A stretch of 64,000 nucleotides of DNA from Candidatus Saccharimonadota bacterium (GTDB lineage Bacteria > Patescibacteriota > Saccharimonadia > Saccharimonadales > Saccharimonadaceae): assembly GCA_017545485.1 (NCBI GenBank), contig JAFWMY010000002.1, forward strand, positions 7,688 through 71,687, in the 5' to 3' direction. The translations under genes and the position numbers were made by a program. Under the pieces are notes generated by a model. The model saw only the letters and a list, made by a program, of their open reading frames with translations, searched no databases and was not told the DNA's origin. This document shows, piece after piece, positions 8,437 to 17,215 of this stretch. The stretch's first letter is position 1; each line of letters begins with the position of its first letter.

Positions 8437-9345
8437 TTAAGCGCCAACACGGTCTTTACCGTTGTGACGAGGAGCATTGTGCTCAATATACTCAATAATT
8501 TTAGAAGCTACATCGCGGCCAGTAACTTTTTCTATACCGAAACCAGGAGAGGCATTTACTTCTAACACTAATGGACCGCGTGAGGAGCGCATGAGGTCTA
8601 CACCACAAATATGTAACCCCATGGCTTTCGCAGCCTTAATTGCAACTTTTTTCTCTTGATCTGTTAATTTGATTGGTGTACCAAGACCACCTTTATGAAG
8701 ATTAGAGCGAAAATCATCATCTAACGATTCCCTTTTCATAGAGGCGACTACGCGACCGCCCACTACAAAAGCACGAATGTCTGTACCGGCAGACTCTTTG
8801 ATAAACTCCTGCAAAAGGATATTGGTGCCGTCTTCGTTATAGAGATAAAACGCCTGAAGAGCTGATTTAGCGGCTTTACGGGTGTCGGCAAGAATGACAC
8901 CATTACCGTGAGTACCGGAAGCTAACTTGATAATAACAGGGAGGCCAATCTGTTCCAATAAGTCGTCTATATCAGAGGTGTTGCGCGAAACTAGAGTTTT
9001 TGGAGTATCTACGTCATATTTAGCTAAAATCTGAGCGGCACGCAATTTATCACGAGCACGCGTGATCGCTACAGAGGCTGCGGAGGTGTAGACACCTTGC
9101 ATTTCAAATTGGCGTACAACGGCACAACCATACCTAGTCATACCATTAGAGATACGTGGTAAAACCGCATCAAAACCTGATAACTTTTCTCCTTTGTAAT
9201 AGACATCTGGATGTTTATCATCTAGAGAAAGATAACAGTTTTTGTATTTAATTACTCTTACTTTGTGGCCACGTTTCTCGGCTTCTTCAACCAAGCGCTT
9301 AGTAGAATAATTGGCATTACCATTTGAAAGAATTGCTAATTTCAT
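8437..9345 (-). CDS. rimK: RimK-family ATP-grasp alpha-L-glutamate ligase
   Basis: 302 aa: MKLAILS...STKRLVEEAEKRGH, then ATP-grasp motifs (VIIKLASGTHGNGV, LLQEFI, GVDLM...PLVLEVNASPG). Confidence 0.85.
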   Translation of the reverse strand: MKLAILSNGNANYSTKRLVEEAEKRGHKVRVIKYKNCYLSLDDKHPDVYYKGEKLSGFDAVLPRISNGMTRYGCAVVRQFEMQGVYTSAASVAITRARDKLRAAQILAKYDVDTPKTLVSRNTSDIDDLLEQIGLPVIIKLASGTHGNGVILADTRKAAKSALQAFYLYNEDGTNILLQEFIKESAGTDIRAFVVGGRVVASMKRESLDDDFRSNLHKGGLGTPIKLTDQEKKVAIKAAKAMGLHICGVDLMRSSRGPLVLEVNASPGFGIEKVTGRDVASKIIEYIEHNAPRHNGKDRVGA

Positions 9346-9360
9346 ATTATCCTTTCTGCT

Positions 9361-9924
9361 TTAAGCCTGTTTTAAAGTTGTTCTAACATATTTTTGATGG
9401 AATAAATAGGGGTCTTTTTTGAGTCGCTTCTCTATAGCCCTAGTTTTAGGCTTTTTTGGACGAATGGTAACGTTTTTTTCGGTTACATTAACCAAGAATT
9501 TGCCTGCAATAGTGCGACGTCCAATCAAAACTGGAAAGGTGTTAAGGCTGCGGTTTGAGAGATTGAATAAAGCTTTAATCCTGCGACCAGATAGTTTAAG
9601 GCTAAGCTGAACGCGATAACGGATTTGTTCATGACCGGAAGAACTTCTTATAACAGCAGCTTTAAAATCTTTGCGTTTTATAGTTTTGCCTGTATAAAAA
9701 GGGCTTTTTTTATCAAAAAGCTGGAAGTGTAATACTCCGTCTTGGCTAACCTCTATGTGGCTAGCCCAAATTGAGGACGAATCAGCCCCGGTATCAATCT
9801 TGGCGGGAATATGTTTATAGTCTTCCACGTCAATGTATTCGGTAGAGCCAATGGTTCTCATAACAGGTTTATTATTTATCCCAGTCATAATCTTAATTAT
9901 ACCATTTTTGCTTAATATAGTCAA
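9361..9924 (-). CDS. retropepsin-like aspartic protease (DUF785, RimB-like partner of RimK)
   Basis: IPAKIDTGADSSSIWA and VLIGRRTIAGKFLVNV. TTG start with a GAGG SD 7 nt upstream. Sits immediately upstream of rimK in the same orientation. Confidence 0.6.
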   Translation of the reverse strand: MTILSKNGIIKIMTGINNKPVMRTIGSTEYIDVEDYKHIPAKIDTGADSSSIWASHIEVSQDGVLHFQLFDKKSPFYTGKTIKRKDFKAAVIRSSSGHEQIRYRVQLSLKLSGRRIKALFNLSNRSLNTFPVLIGRRTIAGKFLVNVTEKNVTIRPKKPKTRAIEKRLKKDPYLFHQKYVRTTLKQA

Positions 9925-9937
9925 TATCTTACCTCTG

Positions 9938-10789
9938 TTATTTATTTCGTAATATATTATCTATTGCAGCGTTGGCTTCATGGTCTGCAAGTGCGTTTTG
10001 GGAGCGAGGCACATGAGTAAAAGAAACAGCGTCAAAATCGCTAAGCTTCGCTTGGATATCTTGATAAATTGGCATGATATCTTGATTTTTAACCGAAAAG
10101 ATACCTGATAATTGATTTACTACCATAAGGCTGTCAGAGATAAATTTTACAGTTTTGTAGCCCAATTCGGTGGCACGGTCTATTCCTTTACGCATAGCAT
10201 AATATTCGGCCATGCGAGAGGTAGCAAAACCAATAAATTCTCCTCCTTGTTCAATAATTGCTCCTTTACTATCATGAATTACGTAACCAATACCAGATGG
10301 TCCAGGATTACCGCGTGAAGCTCCATCTACGTTAATTGTGATGCTATTTGCAGTATCACGAGCATTCACTCGGTTAGAAAAGGTCTTTTCTTCTACTATC
10401 TCGGTAACGGCAATGCTGGTTTCATTGAGATGAATGTTGGAATTAGCGAAATCTTTGACATATTTGTAAGCGGTGTATCTTTCTCTTGGGGATGGTTTTT
10501 CTTCTCCAGCAATGGTGAGTTCATATATTATATATAGATTGCTTAATTGAGAAGAGCCTTCGGGAGCGAGAAACGTAATCACGTCTTTTAGCTTGACAGA
10601 AGAAGCAACCAGCCCAGTGTACTCTGTAAGAGAACGTGCCATGGCTTCCTCTGGTTGTTCACCAAATTTAATCTTGCCGGTTGGGAGCTCCCAAAAAACC
10701 GGCGACTCGCTGCGTCCCCGGTTGCGTTTAAAAACTAAAACCCCCTCTTCGTTTTTAATGATACCTACTACGCGTATTCTTTGTTTCAT
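9938..10789 (-). CDS. Nudix-domain / RNase HI-like fusion protein
   Basis: N-terminal Nudix fold (GKIKFGEQPEEAMARSLTEYTG). C-terminal RNase H-like DEDD residues (VDGASRGNPGPSGIGYVI, AEYYAM, ISDSLMVVNQL, ADHEANAA). I place the start at the ATG at 10789, not the GTG at 10795 used by the track. Confidence 0.7.
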   Translation of the reverse strand: MKQRIRVVGIIKNEEGVLVFKRNRGRSESPVFWELPTGKIKFGEQPEEAMARSLTEYTGLVASSVKLKDVITFLAPEGSSQLSNLYIIYELTIAGEEKPSPRERYTAYKYVKDFANSNIHLNETSIAVTEIVEEKTFSNRVNARDTANSITINVDGASRGNPGPSGIGYVIHDSKGAIIEQGGEFIGFATSRMAEYYAMRKGIDRATELGYKTVKFISDSLMVVNQLSGIFSVKNQDIMPIYQDIQAKLSDFDAVSFTHVPRSQNALADHEANAAIDNILRNK

Positions 10790-10950
10790 GCCCACCTTTT
10801 CGGTAATTGTCTAGGGCCCTGCTAGCCTGTTTTCCCCGTAATATATACAAGGTGGGTAAAATCTTATGCGATACATCCACAGACGTAAGCCACGAAATCC
10901 CTAAAACATGATTATTCAGGAAAATCATGCTGCCAACAGGGCTAATTCTA

Positions 10951-11592
10951 TTATACCACACCGACAATCCAATAGAAGAAATTTAGAATCCCATTGACGC
11001 CTCCAGACATAATACCGGAGAAAACTTGTCCTAGGATGACGATTAGAGCATAAATGATAATAATGCCATATTGTTCCATAACTTGTAGGATGTTGCGAAC
11101 TGGATCAGGGGCGATAGCATAAAGAAGCCTGGAGCCGTCAAGAGGAGGAATAGGTATAATATTGAAGATTGTAAAACCTAAATTTACAAAAACTAATTCT
11201 GCAAAAATAAATTCTGGAACTTCCCCACCGCTACCGTATAATAAACCCGTGAAGTGACCAATTAGAAAAGAGATAAAAGCAATAAGTAAATTTGTAAAAG
11301 GACCGGCCAAAGCAACCAGAGCCATTCCCCATTCTTTCCATTTGAGATTATATTTGTTAATCGGCACCGGCTTAGCACCGCCGAAGACTGGAGCTTTTAG
11401 TAAGTATAATATCATCGGGACAAGAATAGACATATAAGGATCTATATGTTTAATTGGATTTAAAGAAAGACGGCCGGCATCTTTGGCGGTACGATCACCG
11501 AGCCAATATGCTACGAGACCGTGAGAAAGCTCATGCAAAATAACTGAGCCGACTACGATAACTAATACTAGAACAATATAAACAAAATCCAT
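10951..11592 (-). CDS. site-2 protease family (M50) membrane zinc metalloprotease
   Basis: HELSHGLVAYWLGD (HExxH in a TM helix), a multi-TM protein, and PLDGSRLL. Confidence 0.8.
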   Translation of the reverse strand: MDFVYIVLVLVIVVGSVILHELSHGLVAYWLGDRTAKDAGRLSLNPIKHIDPYMSILVPMILYLLKAPVFGGAKPVPINKYNLKWKEWGMALVALAGPFTNLLIAFISFLIGHFTGLLYGSGGEVPEFIFAELVFVNLGFTIFNIIPIPPLDGSRLLYAIAPDPVRNILQVMEQYGIIIIYALIVILGQVFSGIMSGGVNGILNFFYWIVGVV

Positions 11593-12039
11593 TTAGCTTA
11601 AGACCACTACTTCTTTAACTGCAGGAAGAGAGTCGGCATTTTTGATTTTGAGCTTCTTTTCGGTGCGAGCGGTAAGTTTTAATTCGGAAACCATGCCATC
11701 AACGTTGCCCATAGAAACAATGAGCTTTGGTTCAATCTCACGAATAGCACGAACAGATGAGGTGCAAAGGATATCTGCAACAATATCATCTAGGTTTTCC
11801 TCATTAGCACCAATAATACCAACATGAACACCGCCTATTTCGGTATCATAAATAGTTTTATGGCTTTCAGTTTGAATACCGCGAATGGTCATTTCACCTA
11901 TTTCAAATTCTCCAGGCCCATGAATTTTGCCTACAGAAAGATTTGCATCTATCACTCCCTCAGCGACATTGAATTTGGCCACAGTAGTTTTGGTTGACAG
12001 AATAATTTCGTCTTGGTTTTTGCTTTCTATTTCAAACAT
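11593..12039 (-). CDS. hypothetical protein resembling the C-terminal half of an MBL-fold (Lactamase_B_3-like) hydrolase
   Basis: 148 aa with a GPGEFEIGEMTIRG...VHVGIIG pattern. The HxHxDH motif is absent. Good AGGAGA SD. Confidence 0.35.
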   Translation of the reverse strand: MFEIESKNQDEIILSTKTTVAKFNVAEGVIDANLSVGKIHGPGEFEIGEMTIRGIQTESHKTIYDTEIGGVHVGIIGANEENLDDIVADILCTSSVRAIREIEPKLIVSMGNVDGMVSELKLTARTEKKLKIKNADSLPAVKEVVVLS

Positions 12040-12046
12040 GTTTCTC

Positions 12047-12652
12047 CTATTCTTTTATTATTTTTTCTGGGTCATATATTTCGGTAATCTCCATTTCTAA
12101 TACATCAGCAACGAAACGATCGCGAACGCTTTTGCGGTAGGTAAAATCATCTGGCGACATAATAACATAATTAATAGGTTTGCCCTGCTTCTTTTCAATT
12201 ACTTCTGCCCAACGGGTAAGTTTTTTAGTCTTGTCATTACCGATAATCAAGAGGTCAATTCCATCTTGCCCTGGCAAGCGATTGGTGACGACTAAACCTT
12301 TAAGGTATTTTTTAACAGGACGACAATATTCTTCCCATGTGGTTTCGCGAATATCTTGGTCGCTAAGTGTATTAATTTTTTTAGAAAAAATATCAGTTAG
12401 TGGACGGCAAAATGGGTGTTTATTATTAGCTGAATAATAAACTTTGTTGTCAAAGGTTTCATTTTTAATAATTCCGATACTTTCTAAATTAAGAAGTTCC
12501 CTTCTTACAGAATTAATCTGTTCGTCAATTACCCTAGTCATCTCGCGTACGTAAAAAGATTTTTCCGGGTTTTCAAAAAATAGTCTAAGGAGCTTAGCTC
12601 TGGTTTTAGAACCGAATAATTTTTCTGTTGGAGTGTTAGAAACTTTAGTCAT
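12047..12652 (-). CDS. winged-helix DNA-binding protein (ArsR/MarR-like N-terminus)
   Basis: RAKLLRLFFENPEKSFYVREMTRVIDEQINSVRRELLNLESIGII. Confidence 0.5.
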   Translation of the reverse strand: MTKVSNTPTEKLFGSKTRAKLLRLFFENPEKSFYVREMTRVIDEQINSVRRELLNLESIGIIKNETFDNKVYYSANNKHPFCRPLTDIFSKKINTLSDQDIRETTWEEYCRPVKKYLKGLVVTNRLPGQDGIDLLIIGNDKTKKLTRWAEVIEKKQGKPINYVIMSPDDFTYRKSVRDRFVADVLEMEITEIYDPEKIIKE

Positions 12653-12702
12653 ACTATATATTATTTTAGCACGATTTTGTTAATTTTGTTAAGTGTCGTT
12701 TA

Positions 12703-13476
12703 TTATTTTTGGATGTTGTGAAATTTTTTTATAACATATGAATAAACATTTTCTAAACTTAGCCAGGTAATTTGAGGAGTGCGTTTAAACCAAGTCATTT
12801 GGCGTTTAGCAAGATGCCAATCTTCATAAAAACACTTCTCTTTAGCCTGATCCAGCGTCAATTCTCCTTGTAAGTATTGCCAAGCGTATTCATATATATC
12901 GCTTTTCATAGCTTGATTTTCCCAACCGTATTCCTGAACTAGTTTTGTAACCTCGTCATATAATTCTTGTGAGAACATCTGGTTGATTCTTGTTCGGATT
13001 CTTTCACGTAGTTCTTCGGTTGGCCATTTGATGCCGATGAGCAGGTAATTTCCTTTGATGGATTGTCTGTCTGAACAAGTTTTTTGCTCAAAATCACCAA
13101 TCTTGGCGCCGGTTGGGCCTTTGAAATGGTAGTCATAAATTAAAGCATCGGTATATAAGCCTGTGCCACCAACAATAATCGGAACTTTGCCCCGCGCTTT
13201 GATATCTTTGATTTTTTCTTCGGCATATGTTTTCCAATCTGCAACAGTAAAACGTTCATTTGGTTTTACTAAATCTAAACCGTAATGAGGAATGCCCTGT
13301 TGCTCTTCCTTGCTAGGTTTAGCGGTACCGATGTCCATACCCTTATATATCGCGCGAGAATCAGCAGAAATAATCTCACCATTTAAGGCTTTTGCTATTT
13401 TTATAGAAACTCCAGTTTTGCCGGAAGCGGTGGGACCTAAAATTACTATCGTAGGGGTAGCCGAATTACTATGCAT
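12703..13476 (-). CDS. miaA: tRNA dimethylallyltransferase
   Basis: VILGPTASGKTGVSIKIAKALNGEIISADSRAIYKGMDIGTAKPS. Confidence 0.85.
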   Translation of the reverse strand: MHSNSATPTIVILGPTASGKTGVSIKIAKALNGEIISADSRAIYKGMDIGTAKPSKEEQQGIPHYGLDLVKPNERFTVADWKTYAEEKIKDIKARGKVPIIVGGTGLYTDALIYDYHFKGPTGAKIGDFEQKTCSDRQSIKGNYLLIGIKWPTEELRERIRTRINQMFSQELYDEVTKLVQEYGWENQAMKSDIYEYAWQYLQGELTLDQAKEKCFYEDWHLAKRQMTWFKRTPQITWLSLENVYSYVIKKFHNIQK

Positions 13477-13477
13477 G

Positions 13478-15223
13478 CTATTTCAGTTTTTTCAAATACT
13501 CAGCGAGTTTGGCAAGTTTGACCTTTTCTTCCTTGTCACGAAGACGGATGGAAACAACTTTTTCTTCAGCATCTTTAGGGCCTACTACGAAAACTGCTGG
13601 TATTTTCATTTCGGTAGCACGCTTTATTTTTTTGCCAAGAGAATCTGCGGAATCATCCACCGAATAACGTAATTCATTATATTTAAGTGGTTTATTTAAG
13701 ACTATTTTATCTAAAATGGCAGTAATTTCTGAGACATAGTCGCTCACTTTGTCATTCACTGTAACAATACGGACTTGTTCTGGAGCACACCAGAATGGGA
13801 ACCAACCGCCAGTATGTTCAATGAATACTGATAAGAAGCGTTCAATGGAGCCTAGAGTAGCGTGATGAATCATAACCGGACGTTCTTTTTCGCCTTTACT
13901 ATTAGTAAATTCAAGGCCAAAACGTTCTGGTTGAACAAAATCTAATTGAATAGTGGCAAGCTGATGCTCGCGACCAATGGCATCTTCGGCCATAAAATCA
14001 ATCTTAGGGCCATAAAAAGCTGCTTCACCTTCCTGTTCAAAGTAGTCTAGGCCATTATCAATCGCAGCCTGTTTGATTTGTTGCTGTGCCATTTCCCAAA
14101 GTTTTTTGTCACCTAGGTATTTATCTTCATCAGAACGGTAAGAAAGGCGAGCACGAAGCTTCTGCATACCCATGGTTTCGTATAATTCCTTAACGATGCC
14201 TACTAAACGCTTGACCTCGTCTTTAATCTGATCATTACGACAAAAAACGTGAGAATCGTCTTGCGTTAGCGAACGAACGCGAGAAAGCCCACCAAGTTCA
14301 CCGGTTTTTTCGTCACGATAATCTGTGGTAGCTTCCATGTAACGAACTGGCATATCACGATAAGTGCGTGGACGAGAGGCAAATATTTGCGCGTGGTGTG
14401 GACAATTCATTGGTTTCATTGCAAAATCTTCGCCACTAACTTGAGAGTGAACCATGAACAGCTCATCACCAAACTTAGCATAGTGACCAGAGGTTTTGTA
14501 CAAATCTGTTTTGGTAATGTGAGGAGTCCAAACTTTCTTGAACCCTTCTCTGCCACGGAGTGATAGCGAATAATTTGCCATAAGTTCGCGAAGCTCTGTA
14601 CCACGTGGCGTAAATAGAGGTAAGCCAGCACCCACTAAATCTGAGAAGCAAAATAGGTCTAGTTCTTTGCCGAGTTTACGGTGATCACGTTTTTTGGCTT
14701 CTTCTTGCTGTTTAAGATAATCGTCTAGTTCTTTTTCAGTATTAAACGCTACACCATAAATACGAGTGAGCATTTGGCGCTTCTCATCGCCGCGCCAGTA
14801 GGCTCCAGCGACGCGAATAAGTTTAAATGGTCCAACCTTAGACAAATCTTTGACATGAGGGCCTTTGCATAAATCTGTAAACACGTCACCCATATCGTAA
14901 AAAGATATCTCAGAATCTTCTGGTAATTCCTCAATAAGTTCAATCTTATAATCTTGTTGGTTGTCGCGAGCCCAGTTTAACGCTTCAGATTTAGAGGAGA
15001 GTCGCTTAGTCATTGGGAGCTTTCGGGCAATAATGCCTCGCATTTTTTTCTCAATTTTTGCTAAGTCTGTATCTGATACCTTGGCATCACCAAAATCAAT
15101 ATCATAATAAAACCCATTGTCTATAGCAGGCCCAATGCCGAATTTTGCCTTTGGATAAAGCTCTTTGACTGCGGCCGCAAGGACATGGCTGAGAGTATGT
15201 CTCGTTTTTTCTAAATCATTCAT
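13478..15223 (-). CDS. thrS: threonine--tRNA ligase (no N-terminal TGS domain)
   Basis: 581 aa. HTLSHVLAAAV (second additional domain), class II motifs, and the catalytic Zn-site context MNCPHH. The protein begins directly in the editing/SAD region. Confidence 0.9.
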   Translation of the reverse strand: MNDLEKTRHTLSHVLAAAVKELYPKAKFGIGPAIDNGFYYDIDFGDAKVSDTDLAKIEKKMRGIIARKLPMTKRLSSKSEALNWARDNQQDYKIELIEELPEDSEISFYDMGDVFTDLCKGPHVKDLSKVGPFKLIRVAGAYWRGDEKRQMLTRIYGVAFNTEKELDDYLKQQEEAKKRDHRKLGKELDLFCFSDLVGAGLPLFTPRGTELRELMANYSLSLRGREGFKKVWTPHITKTDLYKTSGHYAKFGDELFMVHSQVSGEDFAMKPMNCPHHAQIFASRPRTYRDMPVRYMEATTDYRDEKTGELGGLSRVRSLTQDDSHVFCRNDQIKDEVKRLVGIVKELYETMGMQKLRARLSYRSDEDKYLGDKKLWEMAQQQIKQAAIDNGLDYFEQEGEAAFYGPKIDFMAEDAIGREHQLATIQLDFVQPERFGLEFTNSKGEKERPVMIHHATLGSIERFLSVFIEHTGGWFPFWCAPEQVRIVTVNDKVSDYVSEITAILDKIVLNKPLKYNELRYSVDDSADSLGKKIKRATEMKIPAVFVVGPKDAEEKVVSIRLRDKEEKVKLAKLAEYLKKLK

Positions 15224-15306
15224 GTTTACTCCATTTCTTTAGTATATTATAGCACAGTTCCCTGATTTGGGACTGGTATAAATAAGCCAGGAGCTAATCT
15301 TTGTTT

Positions 15307-16233
15307 TTAACCTAAAAGAATTAAAATCATTAGTGGCATAGTGACAACAGAGAGAATAGTAGATATAGTAACGAGTTCAGAAGATTCAATATTATTTCCG
15401 CCGTATTTGGTGGCAAAGAGCCCAAGCGAGGTGGCTGTAGGTAGAGCTTGAATTAGAGTGCAAACACTGATGACTTCTGCTGGAAATTTAAGCCAAGTGA
15501 GTACAAAGTATGTGACAACTGGGCCGACAATGAGCTGGACGGCGGCTGTAAGGACAAGACGCCATTTCTTGAAAAGAGCTTTAAAATCAGCATGAGAGAG
15601 CATAAAGCCTATACAAATAATTGATAGTGGCGTGGTAGCACCCCCGACAAAACCCACTGCGTCCATTACAAAACTGGGGAGATGGAGGTTGGTTAAGAAT
15701 AATATCATGCCAATTAATACGGCGAGAATATTAGGATTAGTGACTATGCTCTTAAATAGTTTAATACTAATTTTATGTTCAAATAGCCAAATGCCGTAAG
15801 AAAACAGAGCTACGTTAAAGGCAATGATGAAACCGCAATAAGCAATTACTCCGGTAGGGCCGAAGGTGCTAGCTACGATAGGGTAGCCAAGAAAAGTAGC
15901 GTTATTAAAGATAAAAGCAAATTGGGATTCGTAGCGTAAACCACCTTTAAATAACCATTTATTGAAAAATATTCTAGAGATGATAATTAAGAGAGCCATG
16001 ATAATAATGCCGGCAACTAGTCCAGAAAAGAACAAACCGAGTGAATTCTCGTCATATTCATCCGGAAAAGCTACAAAAAGAGAAGCTGGCATAAAGACCG
16101 TCAGAAGTAGATTAGTGATTTCTTTGTTCGTGCTAGTGCTGATTAGTTTCCATTTGCCGAGGCAAAAACCTAAGATTAGAATTAACACAATTGTGCCGAG
16201 ACGGATATAAAATTGCGTTAATTCAATTTGCAT
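15307..16233 (-). CDS. AEC (auxin efflux carrier) family permease
   Basis: 308 aa with about 10 TM segments and an AEC-like N-terminus. Confidence 0.65.
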   Translation of the reverse strand: MQIELTQFYIRLGTIVLILILGFCLGKWKLISTSTNKEITNLLLTVFMPASLFVAFPDEYDENSLGLFFSGLVAGIIIMALLIIISRIFFNKWLFKGGLRYESQFAFIFNNATFLGYPIVASTFGPTGVIAYCGFIIAFNVALFSYGIWLFEHKISIKLFKSIVTNPNILAVLIGMILFLTNLHLPSFVMDAVGFVGGATTPLSIICIGFMLSHADFKALFKKWRLVLTAAVQLIVGPVVTYFVLTWLKFPAEVISVCTLIQALPTATSLGLFATKYGGNNIESSELVTISTILSVVTMPLMILILLG

Positions 16234-16251
16234 AAAACAATTATATCATAA

Positions 16252-16908
16252 TTATTTTCCAGTGATACCTTTAATGTGTAGCATCTTGTATATGCTGCTA
16301 ATGACATCGCGTGAACCATCATGAAATTTTACTTTTTTACCAAATACTTTTTTAAGATCTTCTAAAATATCGCTAAACTGCGAGCAAGCGAGAATAATCT
16401 CATCGGGCTGAAAACTATGTTTAAACACTTCACGCTGTAGAGTTTCCTTGATTTCAGTAAATGATAGTTCCCCGTCGTCTATCCTTGAAGGCCAGGAATC
16501 CAGAACAAGTGTTTTAGTATTCATTTTTAAAAAATGTACGAAACAATGGAAGCGGAAGGTTCGGGAAACTGCTTTAGTAGTGAGGATTAAAATGTTTTTT
16601 CTCGTAAACGTACATGGGTGCTCTAATTGTAGACCGGTAAATTTTTGATTTTCATACTTCTTTTGAAAGTATTTAAGACTAGTAGTGGTTAAAAGATGAT
16701 TAGCGAAGATAATCAGATCTACTTTGCCAATATAGGGGTGTAAAGCTACCTCAGCGCATCTACGAGCAGTTTTGGCGCTGGATTGGATTTCAGTGGCATG
16801 GCGCCAGTCTATGATTCTTATAACTTTTACAACTGGAAGCTCTTGTTCTAGCCTGTCAGCGAAATTTTCTCCACCATACCCGCTATCATAAACTGCAATC
16901 TGTAACAT
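16252..16908 (-). CDS. Asp/Glu racemase superfamily protein (MurI-like, one catalytic Cys missing)
   Basis: VYDSGYGG matches the MurI FDSGVGG motif. ILACSQFS corresponds to GCTHYP, but the first Cys motif (ACNTA) reads FANHLL. Confidence 0.5.
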   Translation of the reverse strand: MLQIAVYDSGYGGENFADRLEQELPVVKVIRIIDWRHATEIQSSAKTARRCAEVALHPYIGKVDLIIFANHLLTTTSLKYFQKKYENQKFTGLQLEHPCTFTRKNILILTTKAVSRTFRFHCFVHFLKMNTKTLVLDSWPSRIDDGELSFTEIKETLQREVFKHSFQPDEIILACSQFSDILEDLKKVFGKKVKFHDGSRDVISSIYKMLHIKGITGK

Positions 16909-16972
16909 TTTTTCCTTTCCCCTCCGCTTGAATGGAATTTTAACACAAACTGACAGCGAATAATGACTGTAT

Positions 16973-17008
16973 TTTTAAAAGATGCGACAAGTGTCGCATC
17001 TTTTAAAA
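16973..17008. terminator. bidirectional terminator-like hairpin
   Basis: gatgcgac aagt gtcgcatc (16981-17000), flanked by ttttaaaa on both sides. Confidence 0.6.
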
Positions 17009-17043
17009 TAATCTTTTAGCGGCGCATTATTAATCATTGGAAT

Positions 17044-17068
17044 AAAAAATTAAACCCCTGTGGGGTTT
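17044..17068 (-). terminator. terminator after tRNA-Val
   Basis: aaacccc tgt ggggttt (17052-17068), followed on the minus strand by a T-run (plus-strand 17044-17049 is an A-run). Confidence 0.7.
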
Positions 17069-17078
17069 ATTCTAAATC

Positions 17079-17155
17079 TGGTGGGTTGTGAGGGGCTCGA
17101 ACCCCCGACCTTCTCGGTGTAAACGAGACGCTCTAGCCAACTGAGCTAACAACCC
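17079..17155 (-). tRNA. tRNA-Val (anticodon TAC), CCA encoded
   Basis: Minus strand reads GGGTTGTTAGCTCAGTTGGCTAGAGCGTCTCGTTTACACCGAGAAGGTCGGGGGTTCGAGCCCCTCACAACCCACCA. Cloverleaf checked by hand. TGATACAAT lies 8 nt upstream. Confidence 0.95.
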
Positions 17156-17215
17156 GTGCAATTATTGTATCATAAAACGCATTTTTTTACTAGAGGACAC
17201 TAGATGAAGAGTGTT

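Noticed and set aside
8233-8565. 110-aa plus-strand ORF
   Set aside because: It lies antisense across the RNase P RNA gene and the 3' end of rimK.
10755-10967. 70-aa minus-strand ORF in the M50 / Nudix intergenic region
   Set aside because: It overlaps the ends of both flanking genes, has no SD, and covers the candidate SD-sequestering hairpin instead.
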